48,872 bases of DNA, taken from the IMG/VR virus record IMGVR_UViG_3300025282_000055, positions 1-48,872 of that record, one strand, 5' to 3'. Source of the DNA: a virus. Taxonomy: Duplodnaviria > Caudoviricetes. The notes under the pieces are model-generated. The model was not told where the DNA came from. It did no database searches and saw nothing but the letters and a program-made list of their open reading frames with translations. Both the position numbers and the translations under genes were made by a program. Numbering within the stretch: the first letter of the stretch is position 1; every line of letters begins with the position of its first letter. Below are positions 1-12,300 of the stretch, piece after piece.

Positions 1-753
1 TATCGTATAAATGAAGTTATTGATAGTGTAACATTAGATATAGATAAAAATTTTGGAGAGGGTAGATATGGATATAATATGGATACAAATAAATTGTTTA
101 AATATGCTAGATTGTATCAAGATTTTTATGACGTTTCGCATCCACATTCTACTGTTAAGAGTGTATTAACTGTGCCAAATGATTTTGAAGTATTTGGTAA
201 AACAAATATGCAAAAATGGGATAGAAATCCAGTTTCTTCATCATTTTTTAATTTGTTAACTAAGGATATTGATTTTGGAGATCCCTCTATTAGAAAGAAA
301 ATATATAGAGTATACATATGTTATTCACAAAACAATCTTAGTGCTGGTATATTTCCTAGAGTAAGAGTATTTCTAATTGCAACTACTAAAGATGGAGTAT
401 TTAATGTGTTTCCTAATGTGGAGCAGTCTCAAAATTATGGATTGTTTTTTGATGAAGGATTATCAAGGCAAACATATAACGAAGAATGGGGAGCAGGATA
501 TATTGAAACATTAGATATAACTTCAGGAGAAACTTTTACTCAAGATTCATCAAAAGTTGCAACTATTGTATTTAATGATCCTGATAAACGATTAAATAAT
601 GCTTTGTCAATACAGGTTGGTTTTATAAATGCTGGGAAGTCTATTATTCCTCCTGATCCTGTTGTAATTCATCCTAATGATCATGCTCCTACACCTTATA
701 ATTTTGAAGTAAATGATATATCGATTGTATATAGGAATAAAAATGTTAGATAA
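1..753 (+). CDS. C-terminal part of a tail (nozzle/stabilisation-type) protein, 5'-truncated
   Basis: Frame is open from base 1, so the ATG at 79 is probably internal. C-terminal 'TKDIDFGDPSIRKKIYRVY...NDISIVYR' resembles podovirus tail tubular B/nozzle C-termini; lies just before fiber and ejection genes. Confidence 0.5.
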   Translation, partial: YRINEVIDSVTLDIDKNFGEGRYGYNMDTNKLFKYARLYQDFYDVSHPHSTVKSVLTVPNDFEVFGKTNMQKWDRNPVSSSFFNLLTKDIDFGDPSIRKKIYRVYICYSQNNLSAGIFPRVRVFLIATTKDGVFNVFPNVEQSQNYGLFFDEGLSRQTYNEEWGAGYIETLDITSGETFTQDSSKVATIVFNDPDKRLNNALSIQVGFINAGKSIIPPDPVVIHPNDHAPTPYNFEVNDISIVYRNKNVR

Positions 754-1996
754 TAAAAATTTACAGAATAAACTTAATGTTTTAGATTCAAAAAAACAAC
801 CTAAAGTAACTGTAGGTAAATCAGTTCCTTCTAAAAGATTAGGGAATAATGGTTCTATGCATATAGGATTGATGGCAGATGGAGTAAAATTATTTGTTAA
901 ATATAATGGGGAATGGCATCAAACTTCATTAGATAGATTAAGTAAGATTAATCAAAAGAATAAAGGGCTAACTAATAAGTTTATTAATACCTTATTACTA
1001 AGATTTTTTGATGCTGATACTAGTCATTATGCTGGATTAAAAGCGCATAGTACTACTACTACATCTCAAGATTATGTATTGCCTGCTGCTCCGCCTGCAA
1101 GTGATAAAGTATTACAATCAGATTCTTCAGGTAATTTAACTTGGGAATCTTTACCAGTACCAGATTCCATTGCAGATGATAATATGTTAGGCAATATTAG
1201 TGGATCTACAGGAGTAGCTACAGCTTTAACCGCTAGTCAGGTTAGAACTTTAATTAATGTAGAAAATGGAGCTACTGCAGATCAAACTCAAGGAGATATT
1301 AATGGACTAGCTATAACTACTACAGGAGCGTTAAATGGTGGTAGTATTACAAGTGGTTTTGGAAATATAGATGTAGGTTCAAGTACTATTGATACTACAG
1401 GAGCAGTTTCTACAGGAGCATTAACTTGCACAACTATTGATACAGGGCAAGGAGCTAATGAAGTCTATGATATGGATCAGAATGTTAAAACTGATAGTTC
1501 AGTAGGATTTGCAGCAATAACATCAGGAGCAGTAATATGGCAGTCGTTTCCTTTTTATGTACCATCAGCATCTAATGGTACGTTTTATTTTTTAGATGTA
1601 GATGATACTGCTAATTCATATAGAAGATGGGATACTACTGATGCTAGTCCTACAGCATTTGATTATAGAGGCGTTTCAGGGCATTTTGTTGTTCCTGAAG
1701 ATTGCACATTGGTTGCTATGCATGGAGTTATCTCTAATGGAAGCAGTACAAATAATCCTACAGTACATGTTTATCATGGAACAGTAACTGAAGCGGCAAG
1801 CAATACAACTCTTGCATCTGCAGGAAATGTTGTTGTAACTATTGGTACAGCAAGAGTCCCATATAAGTTTAGTAAAGAAGATTTTGATACTGATTTAAGT
1901 GCAGGAAATATAGTTATTCCTATGATAAGCCATGCAGATGCATCTGGAACTAGAACATTACAAGGAAGTTTAACATTGAAATTTATAACGAGATAA
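743..1996 (+). CDS. Tail fiber/spike-like virion protein
   Basis: Likely start ATG 743 (AGGA upstream, overlaps previous gene). G/T/S/A-rich fiber-like segments ('YVLPAAPPASDKVLQSDSSGNLTW', 'GGSITSGFGNIDVGSSTI') and a beta-rich C-terminal domain. Confidence 0.6.
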   Translation: MLDNKNLQNKLNVLDSKKQPKVTVGKSVPSKRLGNNGSMHIGLMADGVKLFVKYNGEWHQTSLDRLSKINQKNKGLTNKFINTLLLRFFDADTSHYAGLKAHSTTTTSQDYVLPAAPPASDKVLQSDSSGNLTWESLPVPDSIADDNMLGNISGSTGVATALTASQVRTLINVENGATADQTQGDINGLAITTTGALNGGSITSGFGNIDVGSSTIDTTGAVSTGALTCTTIDTGQGANEVYDMDQNVKTDSSVGFAAITSGAVIWQSFPFYVPSASNGTFYFLDVDDTANSYRRWDTTDASPTAFDYRGVSGHFVVPEDCTLVAMHGVISNGSSTNNPTVHVYHGTVTEAASNTTLASAGNVVVTIGTARVPYKFSKEDFDTDLSAGNIVIPMISHADASGTRTLQGSLTLKFITR

Positions 1997-2013
1997 TTTA
2001 TATAATTATAATG

Positions 2014-2043
2014 TTGCATAAGAGAGATAATATAAACTATATT
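2014..2043 (+). promoter_or_regulatory. Sigma70-like promoter TTGCAT-N18-TATATT
   Basis: Intergenic, upstream of RBS AGGAG and ORF 2066; same architecture at 30463, 30752 and 39112. Confidence 0.45.
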
Positions 2044-2065
2044 AAGTTGGCTAAAAGGAGTTAAA

Positions 2066-2761
2066 ATGAGCTTAAAGAGACAAATAAGACATGCAAAAAA
2101 GAGAGGCGAGATTCAAACTCGTAAAGCAGCTCAAGATTGGGAAGGTAGAATAGGAGCAATTGCTGAAGCGGGATCTAAGGGGTCTTTGTTTGGCCAATTA
2201 GGTGTTAATTTAGGGGCGGCATTATTAGGCGGTGCATCAGCTATAAATCCTTTTTTGTTTGCATTAGCCATGGGGGCTGGAACTGGAGCAGGTAAATATT
2301 TGTTTGGTAGAAAAGAAGCAAAAGCATTAGATAAACTTACAAAAAGAGCAGGTGCAAGAAGAGGTATGGGCAGAGCTGATATTAGAAATATAGCTGCTGA
2401 TATAGGTGGACAAGCTGAAGATTTAAAAACTTCTGCTGTTAAATCTGGATTAACTAGCGCAGCTTCTACTTTTATGTTATCAGGTGGATCTAAATATCTT
2501 AAAGCATTAAAAGCTCAAGGAAAAATGCCTTGGAGTACGGGAGCTGGTGTAGAAGCATTAGCTGCGGGATCTGAAGTATTAGCTGCTGAAAAAATCGCAA
2601 AACTGCAAGCTGCAGGGACTTTAACTCCTGCTAAAAAAGCGGCTATTTTGGGCAAACAATATGAAACTGGATCTTTAACTGATTATTGGGGCAATCTTAT
2701 TGGGGCAAAGACTGGAACTTCTGCTCTAGATAAATACTTAAAAAAACTTACAAATAAATAG
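2066..2761 (+). CDS. Putative DNA ejection/pilot protein
   Basis: Gly/Ala-rich hydrophobic stretch (GVNLGAALLGGASAINPFLFALAMGAGTGAG), basic; first gene of the internal-protein cluster; RBS AGGAG. Confidence 0.5.
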   Translation: MSLKRQIRHAKKRGEIQTRKAAQDWEGRIGAIAEAGSKGSLFGQLGVNLGAALLGGASAINPFLFALAMGAGTGAGKYLFGRKEAKALDKLTKRAGARRGMGRADIRNIAADIGGQAEDLKTSAVKSGLTSAASTFMLSGGSKYLKALKAQGKMPWSTGAGVEALAAGSEVLAAEKIAKLQAAGTLTPAKKAAILGKQYETGSLTDYWGNLIGAKTGTSALDKYLKKLTNK

Positions 2762-2769
2762 GAAATACT

Positions 2770-3828
2770 ATGGCAATTGATTATTCAAAATATTTTACTG
2801 GAGAAGAATTTGAGTATGCTGATACTGGTTCAACATTACAAGAAGCTGCAGGGGCATATGAAGGACAATATGCAAAATATGCAGAATTATATCCTATTGG
2901 AGCAGACGCTCCTGGAATGGATCAGTTATTGTATAATGACGCATTTTTAAAAGATTTACAGGATGTTTATAATATTGGTGATGAAGGAATATTTCAAACA
3001 TGGGACAAAGAAGGTGGCATTCCTACTAGTTTAGGTGATTTTATTACTGATTTAGAGCATGAATATGAAATTACATTTCCTGATAGAGTATCTATTGCTC
3101 AGCAGTATATGAAATCAGATACTAGTATAGGTACAAAACTGCATTCAAAATATACTGAAAGGTTTATGGAATGGGCAGAAGAATATTTGCAGGCTGTGTC
3201 TCCTGGCATAGCTACTGAAGGTATGTGGGCAGGTGCTGATCAATGGGAAGAAGGTGATGATAATAATATGAAAAGTCGATTATATGATAATGCAGCATAT
3301 CAAGCTGTATATGATCAATTATGGACTGGTGATGAAGCAACTAGAAGTGCTTTTAAAACACAAGATTATTTTGATGAGCAGGTAGATTGGTCTATAGGAC
3401 CTTTTGGAGAAGATACATCAGGAACTCAAGAAGCTCAATGGGCTAGTGATATTGCAGGCAGACGTGGTACTATTGAAACTTTAGGTGGAGGATATGAGCA
3501 ATCAAAAGCTGATGTAGCTACTTTAGGTGAAGCTTATGGACATACTTTAACAGGTGAGAGAACAAAGTTTGGAGCTTCTGGATTAGAAGCAGCTGGGGGT
3601 TATGAAACTAAATTAGGAGATATTGAATCAGAATATCAAGAAGGTTCTCAAGCTTTACAATTAGCACGTTCAGGCAAATGGGGTGATATAGGTTCACAAA
3701 TGATGGGGTATCGTACTACTGATATAGGAGCGGCTGAAGATATCTATGCAAAAAGATTTGGAGAAGGTGGAATGTTGGATACTTATTTACAAGGAATCGA
3801 AGATTTGACATATCCAGATCAACCCTAA
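2770..3828 (+). CDS. Acidic hypothetical protein, probable internal virion protein
   Basis: 352-aa ORF, very D/E-rich, in the ejection cluster. Confidence 0.45.
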   Translation: MAIDYSKYFTGEEFEYADTGSTLQEAAGAYEGQYAKYAELYPIGADAPGMDQLLYNDAFLKDLQDVYNIGDEGIFQTWDKEGGIPTSLGDFITDLEHEYEITFPDRVSIAQQYMKSDTSIGTKLHSKYTERFMEWAEEYLQAVSPGIATEGMWAGADQWEEGDDNNMKSRLYDNAAYQAVYDQLWTGDEATRSAFKTQDYFDEQVDWSIGPFGEDTSGTQEAQWASDIAGRRGTIETLGGGYEQSKADVATLGEAYGHTLTGERTKFGASGLEAAGGYETKLGDIESEYQEGSQALQLARSGKWGDIGSQMMGYRTTDIGAAEDIYAKRFGEGGMLDTYLQGIEDLTYPDQP

Positions 3829-3846
3829 AAAATATGGAGTTAAATA

Positions 3847-5178
3847 ATGGCAAGTAAGAGTATATGGGAAGAATTAGACCAGATGCATACGCAGTTTATA
3901 TTAAATGCTGCTTTACAACAGCAAAAAAATGTTGCTGCCGAGGAAAGATTACAGCAAGAATTGACGATTACTCAACTTGAGAAGGAAGCAGATAGGGCAC
4001 ATGAGAAGGAAATAAGAGAATTAGATAGTTTACGTAAGTTATATGATAATAAGGTTTTAGAAAAGCAACGTACTAATATAAGATTACAGGATTTAAGAAC
4101 CTCCACAGAAGATGCTCGTTTTGCTTTTTCTACATTACCAGAGAAAGAAGTATCCGAAGAAGGTACTCCATTTAATATTGTTGCTGCATTTAATTCTTCT
4201 GCTGCAGATGAAATTCAAGCTGAGTTACAAAATTTAAATCAAGATATTGTAGGTATGGAAAAGGATATGATAGATTTAAATAAACAGATGCAGTTTATTA
4301 ATACAGCTGAAGATGTTTTAACAAGTTTGGCTGTAATTAAAGGCCCACAAGAATCAATATTTGGACCTTCAGATGTAATGGATTTAGATCTTACAGTTCC
4401 TGAAGGAGTTTCTTCTTCTAAGTTATTGCAACTTTCAGCAGATATGAAAGCAGGTCGTAGGATAGATGCTGATCAATTAAATATTTATGATTTAACTAGA
4501 GATGCTAAAATTGATGAAGCTGATCTTGCTTATTTAAATACTTTAGCTGGTATAGATAAATCTAAATTGGGTACTTATGAGAAGGTTAAAGCAAAGATGA
4601 CTGGATTGGATGAATTAGAAGATTTAAATAAACAGTTGTTATATGAAGCTAAAATTGGAACATCTGAACATGCTGATAGCTATAAAATATTATATGCTGA
4701 ATCAAAAGGAAAGGTTGCAGATAAATTAAAAGCTATTAAAAATAATATATCTGTTATAGAAGGTGAAGGAGATCAAGCTAGGGTAGTTTTAAATCCAGCG
4801 TTTGAAAATAAATTTAGATTATATATGAATAAGAATTATCCTAATTTAAGTGAAGAGAAAAAGTCAGAGAATATAAATGCTTTACATGAAGTAATCTCAT
4901 ATGTATCAGGAACAGGTGTTATTAGTGGTTCAGAATTTTTACAAAGATTAGAGTATGCAGAACAACATAATAAAGAAATTGTTTCTTTGTTAAAAGAAGG
5001 ATTTCCAACTTTATTTTCTCAAGATATTCAAGATTTGCGTAAATATGTGACAGATGAATCATATTGGAATACTATGTGGAGAGATGCTATAGGTATAGGA
5101 AGTGGAAATTTTCCTAGTATTAAAGAAGAGGTTGAAGAAGGATCATGGGAAGCAGAAATAGACGAGGTGTTTGACTAA
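3847..5178 (+). CDS. Coiled-coil internal virion protein with an EF-hand/dockerin-like loop
   Basis: N-terminal coiled-coil pattern; 'DLTRDAKIDEADLAYL' motif; RBS GGAG. Confidence 0.45.
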   Translation: MASKSIWEELDQMHTQFILNAALQQQKNVAAEERLQQELTITQLEKEADRAHEKEIRELDSLRKLYDNKVLEKQRTNIRLQDLRTSTEDARFAFSTLPEKEVSEEGTPFNIVAAFNSSAADEIQAELQNLNQDIVGMEKDMIDLNKQMQFINTAEDVLTSLAVIKGPQESIFGPSDVMDLDLTVPEGVSSSKLLQLSADMKAGRRIDADQLNIYDLTRDAKIDEADLAYLNTLAGIDKSKLGTYEKVKAKMTGLDELEDLNKQLLYEAKIGTSEHADSYKILYAESKGKVADKLKAIKNNISVIEGEGDQARVVLNPAFENKFRLYMNKNYPNLSEEKKSENINALHEVISYVSGTGVISGSEFLQRLEYAEQHNKEIVSLLKEGFPTLFSQDIQDLRKYVTDESYWNTMWRDAIGIGSGNFPSIKEEVEEGSWEAEIDEVFD

Positions 5179-6242
5179 TGGGTTTCATAGATATTGATGA
5201 AGGTATTCCTATAGCTAATAAATTGCATGAGTTTCATGAACTTCAAAATGCAGGGATTATACCATCAGACCGTACTTTTTTGGATGAATTTTTGGGCTTA
5301 GATTCTGAGAGCTCATTGCCAAGTGATTGGATGCCAGAAGATTTTGCTGCAGGAGGAAAATATAGTGTGGGTGAATCTATCGATCTTGATATGGCATCCT
5401 TGTATACTATGTATGATGATAGTGATACCCGTGATGTTGCTATTCATATACATAAGGTATTAAATAAAGCATTGCCGTTATTAGAAAAATGGGATGCTAA
5501 AGGTTCTAGTCCTAATGAGCAAGCTTATACTACATTAATGAATAAACTATCAACTAATTTAATGCCAGGATGGAATGCTGATTTTGAAGATATACACAAA
5601 TATTATATAACAAAAGGTGAAATTCCATTTTTATATGACGAAACTCTTTCTCAAGAGGATAATTTAAATAAAAGAATTAATTTTTTAAGTTCATATTCTG
5701 ACTATACAAAGAATACAATATCGAATGATATTACGAATGCTAATACACGGTTAGATGATTTGAATAGGTTATTAGAAGAAGATCCTGATCGCTATCATGT
5801 TAATAGTGAGTTAACTCGTTATTTAGAACTTTACTCAACAGGTACTGTAAGATTTGGTGGAGATGCTGGGCATAGTAAAGCTACTAATGAAAGAGTAGCT
5901 GAAAATAAAAATTGGTTTGAGAGGCTTATGGTACCTACAGCTGCTGATTGGAGAGATACTTATAAGACTGGGGTATTTGGATTAAATGATTGGTCTGTAG
6001 GCGTGGAACAAATTGATGATAAAAGAATTATTCCTAGTGATGAATTAATGAGGCGTTTAAATAGTAAGTTTGAAAACTATTTACTTGATTCTAAGTATGC
6101 TACAGGAGACAATTACAATTTATTTAAAACAAGTCTTAATGCTTATAATGCGCATATAGAAAATAGTAGAGAAGCTATTGATGAACTTAATAGATTATCT
6201 TCTTATTTAAAGAAACAAAGAAGTCAATTAAAGGGGCTATAA
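5178..6242 (+). CDS. Hypothetical protein, probable internal virion protein
   Basis: 354-aa ORF, TAATG-coupled to the previous gene. Confidence 0.45.
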   Translation: MGFIDIDEGIPIANKLHEFHELQNAGIIPSDRTFLDEFLGLDSESSLPSDWMPEDFAAGGKYSVGESIDLDMASLYTMYDDSDTRDVAIHIHKVLNKALPLLEKWDAKGSSPNEQAYTTLMNKLSTNLMPGWNADFEDIHKYYITKGEIPFLYDETLSQEDNLNKRINFLSSYSDYTKNTISNDITNANTRLDDLNRLLEEDPDRYHVNSELTRYLELYSTGTVRFGGDAGHSKATNERVAENKNWFERLMVPTAADWRDTYKTGVFGLNDWSVGVEQIDDKRIIPSDELMRRLNSKFENYLLDSKYATGDNYNLFKTSLNAYNAHIENSREAIDELNRLSSYLKKQRSQLKGL

Positions 6243-6300
6243 TGCAACAAATAAAGTTACTAAGGAGAAGTTATATTTCTGAGTATAAGGATAAATAAGC

Positions 6301-9300
6301 ATGGCTTTAGAGTACGGAGAATTTAATGAATTTAATTTATTTGATGATTCTAATTTAGGGGGCTTTAATATAGGTGGATCTGGTACTCCAGATTACCTAT
6401 CGTCTTTTTCACAAGCTGATTTTTCAAATGATATTGCGATAGGAAGAGCTAGCGAAACAGGTTCTTTAGCAGATTTCTTATATGGTGGTATAACTGGAGC
6501 TGTTTCAGGAATGACTTTTGGTTTACTTAGATTTGGACCAGAAGAAGAAAATCAAACTATGGCATATAGAATGGGTGCTGGTCTTGGTAATGTAGGTTCT
6601 TTAGTTGCACCTTGGGGTCCATTTGGACTAGCTGGCAAAGCTAGTAGATATGGTATATCAGGTTTATCTAAGGGAGGGAGAGCTATTTCTAAAGCAGCTT
6701 CTTCTAAAGTTGCTAAAGATATGTCTAGCAAGGGGCTTGGAGAAAAGTATTTAAAATCACAACTCGATAAACAACTTCTTAAAGATAAAGCTACTCGTCA
6801 ATATATAGCTAGGCATGGTATAAGTGACGATGAGTTAATTAAAGCTAATGATTTATTACAAAGAAACTTAGCAGCAGGTTTAAAATCTTCTTTTAAAACT
6901 TCAGGTAAAACAGTGGATGATAGAATTGCAAATGAAATTGCAGAGAAAGTTGCTGTAGAATTAAGAAAACCTGGGAGGCATATAAATACTATTGAAGATT
7001 GGGTTGAAAGTGCAATAGGCACAAGATTCCCTAGAATGATGGGTAATCCAGCTAAGTATTTAGGGATGGCTGCACAAGACTTCTATTTATTTGCATCACA
7101 TAATTTGATTTCTGCTGGAGTGGGAAATATGGTTCATGATGATCAGATAGGTTTAACAGATTTAGGAAAAAATGTTAAACATTCTCTTGTATTAGCAGGT
7201 ATATTCCCAGGTATTAGAGCTATTCCTGGAGGTGGTAAGTATACTTTAAAACAGGGTGCAGAGTTATTTAGAACCAAACGTGGTCTAAATAGTTTTCGTA
7301 AAGAATATAGAAAAACTAATTATCAGGATATGGTATCTACTAAAAAAGGAGAGCAGAGTGCTAGAGGCTTGTTAGGTATGTTAACTAGAGGCTCTGATAT
7401 GAATGTCCAGAATGTTTCTTTATTTAAAGGTATGAACTTTAAAGTAAAAAATGCTGCAGGTAAATCTGTTACTTATACTCCTGAAAAGATATTAACTACA
7501 TTAGGAGATCCTAAAAAAATGCCTGCAAGTCATGTTTCACAATTATTAGACAAGTATAGAGCTGTTGCAGATAAATCATTTAGAGAATGGGGCGCTGGTT
7601 ATTTGCGTGAGATGTTAAATGTAGGTCAAATAGCTAGAATGACATTAGGATCACTTGTTATGAATAGTGATATGTTTACAAAAGGATATTATAAATATAC
7701 TCCAGGACCTGAGTTGTTCCAGCATATGGCTATTGGAGCTATGATGACAAAAGGCAGAGGTTTATGGGGAAGGCATGAAGTTAGTCAATGGTCTAGAAAG
7801 TTTACTAAATATCAAGAAACTTATAACTATTTAAATATGGAACATGGTAGGCTGAGTGAAATGGTTAAAGCTTATGATCAAAATAGGCAAATAGGGGAAC
7901 TTTTTGGTGTTACTGTTAGAGGCACAAGAGTTGGTAGCCAACTATATAACGCTGCATGGGGTGAGCCTAATAAAAATACTCAAATATCTACAGATTATGC
8001 TGATGGCAAAGTAGACCAACTTAAATTTGAAAAAGTTTCTGAAATATTAAAACTTGCTAATGCTATGAAACTTACAGAAGTTGCAGATCCATTGAAGTTT
8101 ACTCCTGTTGATCCAAAAAGATTATCCAAAGAAAGAATTGATGAATTATATGAAAGATTTAATGAGATAAAATTTGCAGATGGTACTTCTATTAAGGAAT
8201 ATTCTTTACCAGATATTTTATCTGTTACTCAAATAGATGTAGGTATGAATAATGCTAATTTTTATTATTCATTTTTAGATGAACTAGCCAGAGAAACTGG
8301 ATTGCCTATTGTAGTTAAAAAGGATAAAACTACAGGAGAATTTACTGGACAAGTAGATTACTATCCTATTATTATGGATGAAATGGTTGACTTTTCTATC
8401 GGAGGTAAATATGAACATTCAATTAATAAAGTAAAAGGTTTGTTAGATATGTTATCAGCTTATAAGATTGCCAACCCTAAAGCTAATAGTCAATTTGCGA
8501 GAAAGGTACTTGTTGAAGGTGAGGGAGCAGATCGAAAAGTTGTATTGGAAGGTGAACCAGGCAAAGATATAGGTCAAATACTTGAGAGTATGGTTGAACG
8601 TTATATGGGGCATGTAGTTAGAAATGCTCATGGTAATAACAATTCTATGCGATTCCCATTCCTTGAAACTACAGATAATCCGTATTTAACATCTGTTTTA
8701 CAAGGTAGAATGGCTCAAGTTAGAGAAAGAGCTTTTAGATTAGCTAATGGTAAAGTAACAGATGATCCGAAATTTCAAGAATCTGAGCAAAATTTTCTTC
8801 AAATGACTGATTATTTCTTTAAAGTTAATGTAGATATGGTTGATATTGGCCCAAATCATGCCGATATAGGCAAGTTTCTTAAAAAGCCACCTAAAGTAGT
8901 ATCTGATAAAAAAGAGTCTAAATTAAGCGATACTGAAAAAGCAGAACAAAATGAGCGTATTGATCACTTGCAGCGTGGAGTGAATGAAATACATGATTGG
9001 ATGAAGGTTGGTGGCAATGCAAGAATTGAGCAAGAAGGTATTAAACATACTATTACAATTGAAGAAGCTGAGGTATTAATTGAATCACAAAAAGGATTAA
9101 AGTTAGTATTTCCTATTGATGAGGCTTATTCTATAGGGTTTAAACATGATTTAGCAGATTATAATGTTAGAAGAAAGTTAGCATCTATAGGATTTAATGA
9201 AGAGGCTTTAGCTGTAGCTTCTGCTGCAAGGGATAATGGATTCTTTGATTTAGAGAGTAAAAAAATTCTAACACCTTCTGCTTTAAAGAAATCATTAGAA

Positions 9301-12300
9301 CGAAGAGGCGATTTAGATGGTGCTGAAATTGATAATTTAACTCAAAAATATAGTAAAATATATGATATTCTTAGTAAACATAATGCTGTATCTGATTTAA
9401 CTGATCCAGTTGTAGGTGGAGATTTATTCTTAATAGATCCCAAAGGCATACAATCTGTATATGATGTAACGTCAAAAGGATTAGCTCCTAAAATACAAGC
9501 TACTATTGATAAAACTATTAAAAGAATAGAGAGAAGCACTAAAGATGAGGATATAACTAAATTAGGAGTGGAATTAAATAAGTTATTTGCTGATTTTAAT
9601 ACTTATATGGAGGGGATATCTGGTAGAAATAATGCCTTAGGCTTAGCTCCTAATCAAGTTGCTTCAGAAGCTAGTATAAGAACAGCTTTGGAAGATTTTA
9701 AAGTTAATTCTGTGAAAATATTGCAGGAGATTCATAATAAAGTATCAGGATCTAGTGTAATAGCTAATGAAATTCAACGAGTTACTTCTGAAATAAATTT
9801 ATTAATTCAAAATTATAGCGAAGCTCCTCTGGGTTCTGTTAGCAATCGTTATAATCCAGAAACAATCATGACGATTGGCAATGCTATGACGGAAATTATT
9901 AAAAATGAAACTAAATCCTCTAAAAGGTTGAATGAAAATTTAGCTAGGCTTTCTAGTTTAGGTAATTCTTCTGCTTATAGAGGAGAAATAATTGCCGCAC
10001 AAGATAGATTGCTTTCTGAAATATCAAAAGATTTGAAAAGACCTGATATAATAGCTACTATGAGTTTAGAAGATGCTATTATGGAATATGTTAATAATAA
10101 AAGCTTTGAATCATTAAGTACTATTGTTAATAGAGTAGTTGAAATATCTGCTAGAACTCAAAGTTGGAATGAATATGAAAGAGATAATACTGAGGCTACA
10201 CAGATGCTAGATAATATTCTTAAAGCCAAGGCAGCTCATAATAAAAATGTTACTCCTATGAAAGTTATTAAAAAGTTTAAATTAACTTCTCTTGATGAGC
10301 CTAATAAGGTGGATCCAGAATTTGTAGATTTGGTTTCTCAAGCTGTTGAATTTCCTAGTCCTGCTAATGATAGAGCTATAGAAGTATTTGTTCAAAAGCG
10401 AGTAGGGGTAGGCAGTCCGTTGCTTGCAGAGTTTAAGATTCAATACCCAGTTTTATTAAAACAACTTGCAGGTATTGGGGAATATGCTACAGTTTATTCT
10501 ATTAATGAAAAATCTCTTGAATTTGAGAATACAGTTGTTACTAGAAAAACATTAGGTGGGTCATCTTCTAGTTTTTTAAAGGCTTTAGATCTTGAGGGGG
10601 TAGGCACATTAAGTGATGTTGTAATTATTGGTGATAAAAAAATGACTTTAAATCAATTTACTAAAGAACATATTCAAAATTTAGTTAATAAAAACCCTTT
10701 GGTTGATATAAAGTTACAGAAAAAGATTGCAGAAAGTACTAATAGACAAGAAATAGAAGATGCAATTGCTCAAAGTAATAAAGGCATTTCTGATGTTAGG
10801 AATAAATTAGTTTTAGATTTGCATGCTGGAAGTCCATTGGTATTACCTTTAACTGAATATAATATTAAAAGAGTTCATGAGTTTTTTACTCAATGGCATG
10901 CGGTTAAAGTTGAAAAGTTTCTTGATGCTCAAGGCAGAAGAAATTTTGAGTATGGTACAGAATTATTATTAGCAAAAAGTGGCAGAGAATCCTTAGAGGC
11001 TAAAATGTTATTAATGAATTTAGATGCTATTAACTCTGGAGGATTTGATAAGTTGTTTTCTCAATCTCATTATAGACAAGATAGTAAAATTAATTATAAG
11101 AAACTTCAGGATAAGTTGTTAAAGCTATCTAAACAAGGAGTTAATGAAAATTATGCTAGGGTAGCAAATGGGTGGCTTGATTTAATTAAAAGAACGTCAG
11201 GTATAGATATAGATATAAGAAATGCTGCTGATAAGTTTTCTAGAGAGGGAGTTAGTATTCAGGTCATAAGTGATGAGGCTTATGGGGAAATAAAGAATTT
11301 ACCTGATTATCCTACTAGTAATAAAAAAGTAGTAACTAAACATTATGATAAGATTATAGCTAATAAAGATAAGAAGTATACTGTCGATGAAATTTCTGCT
11401 GCTAGAGAATCTAAACGTGAAGCTTTGATTATGGAGAGTTTAAATAGTTCACAGATTGATGGAAATATATCTATATTAGATCATGAATTTACTATGTTAA
11501 ATGGAGCTATTACTGGAGAGAAGAATAATAATGGATTTAAAAATAACATTGCCCATAATCGTGATATACTGGGATCTCAATTAGAGGGTGTGCTAGTTAA
11601 AGGATATATGCATGAAAATCCTTTCATTACTAAAGATGGTAAGATTAATATTGGAACAACTTTTCTTATGGGGGAAAGCACAGCAAAGACCTTGTATGGT
11701 TTAAACGTTAATGGTAATGAAATTGTTCCCCGTAGATTAGATTCTAATTTAAATCTTGTTGAGAATCTACGTCTTATTAAATCTACTGATACAGAAGGTA
11801 AATTAACAATACCCTTTGAATCAATTGGGTTTGGATATGGATCACAGCCTGGAGAAAATGTATTGGTTTCTCATAGTATGAGTGATTTTCTTGGCAGAGA
11901 TGGTATTAGAGCAATGTCTGTTTATAAAGGTTTAATAAATAGAGTAAAACAATTAAGTAAACTAAAAAGTAATTTTGAACAATTACATAATAACGATCAA
12001 GCATTAGCCTTATTTCAACAGGCAATGGATGAAACTGGATATGATTTTACAGATGGTGGATATGCATTAGCTGAAGTTTTATTACGTAATGGAGCTATGT
12101 CACACCATAATAGTGTTATAAGACAATCTGTATTAGGATTATTTAAAAGTAAAGTATTCGATCAAATTAGACGACCTACTACAGAAAAGGGAAGAGATAG
12201 TTATATAGTTAATGATTATGTTGGAGATCATGCTCCTCCTATGTTTAGAACTGTAAAACGAAATATTCCAGTTGATGGTATTAGTGGAAAGGCAATTGAA

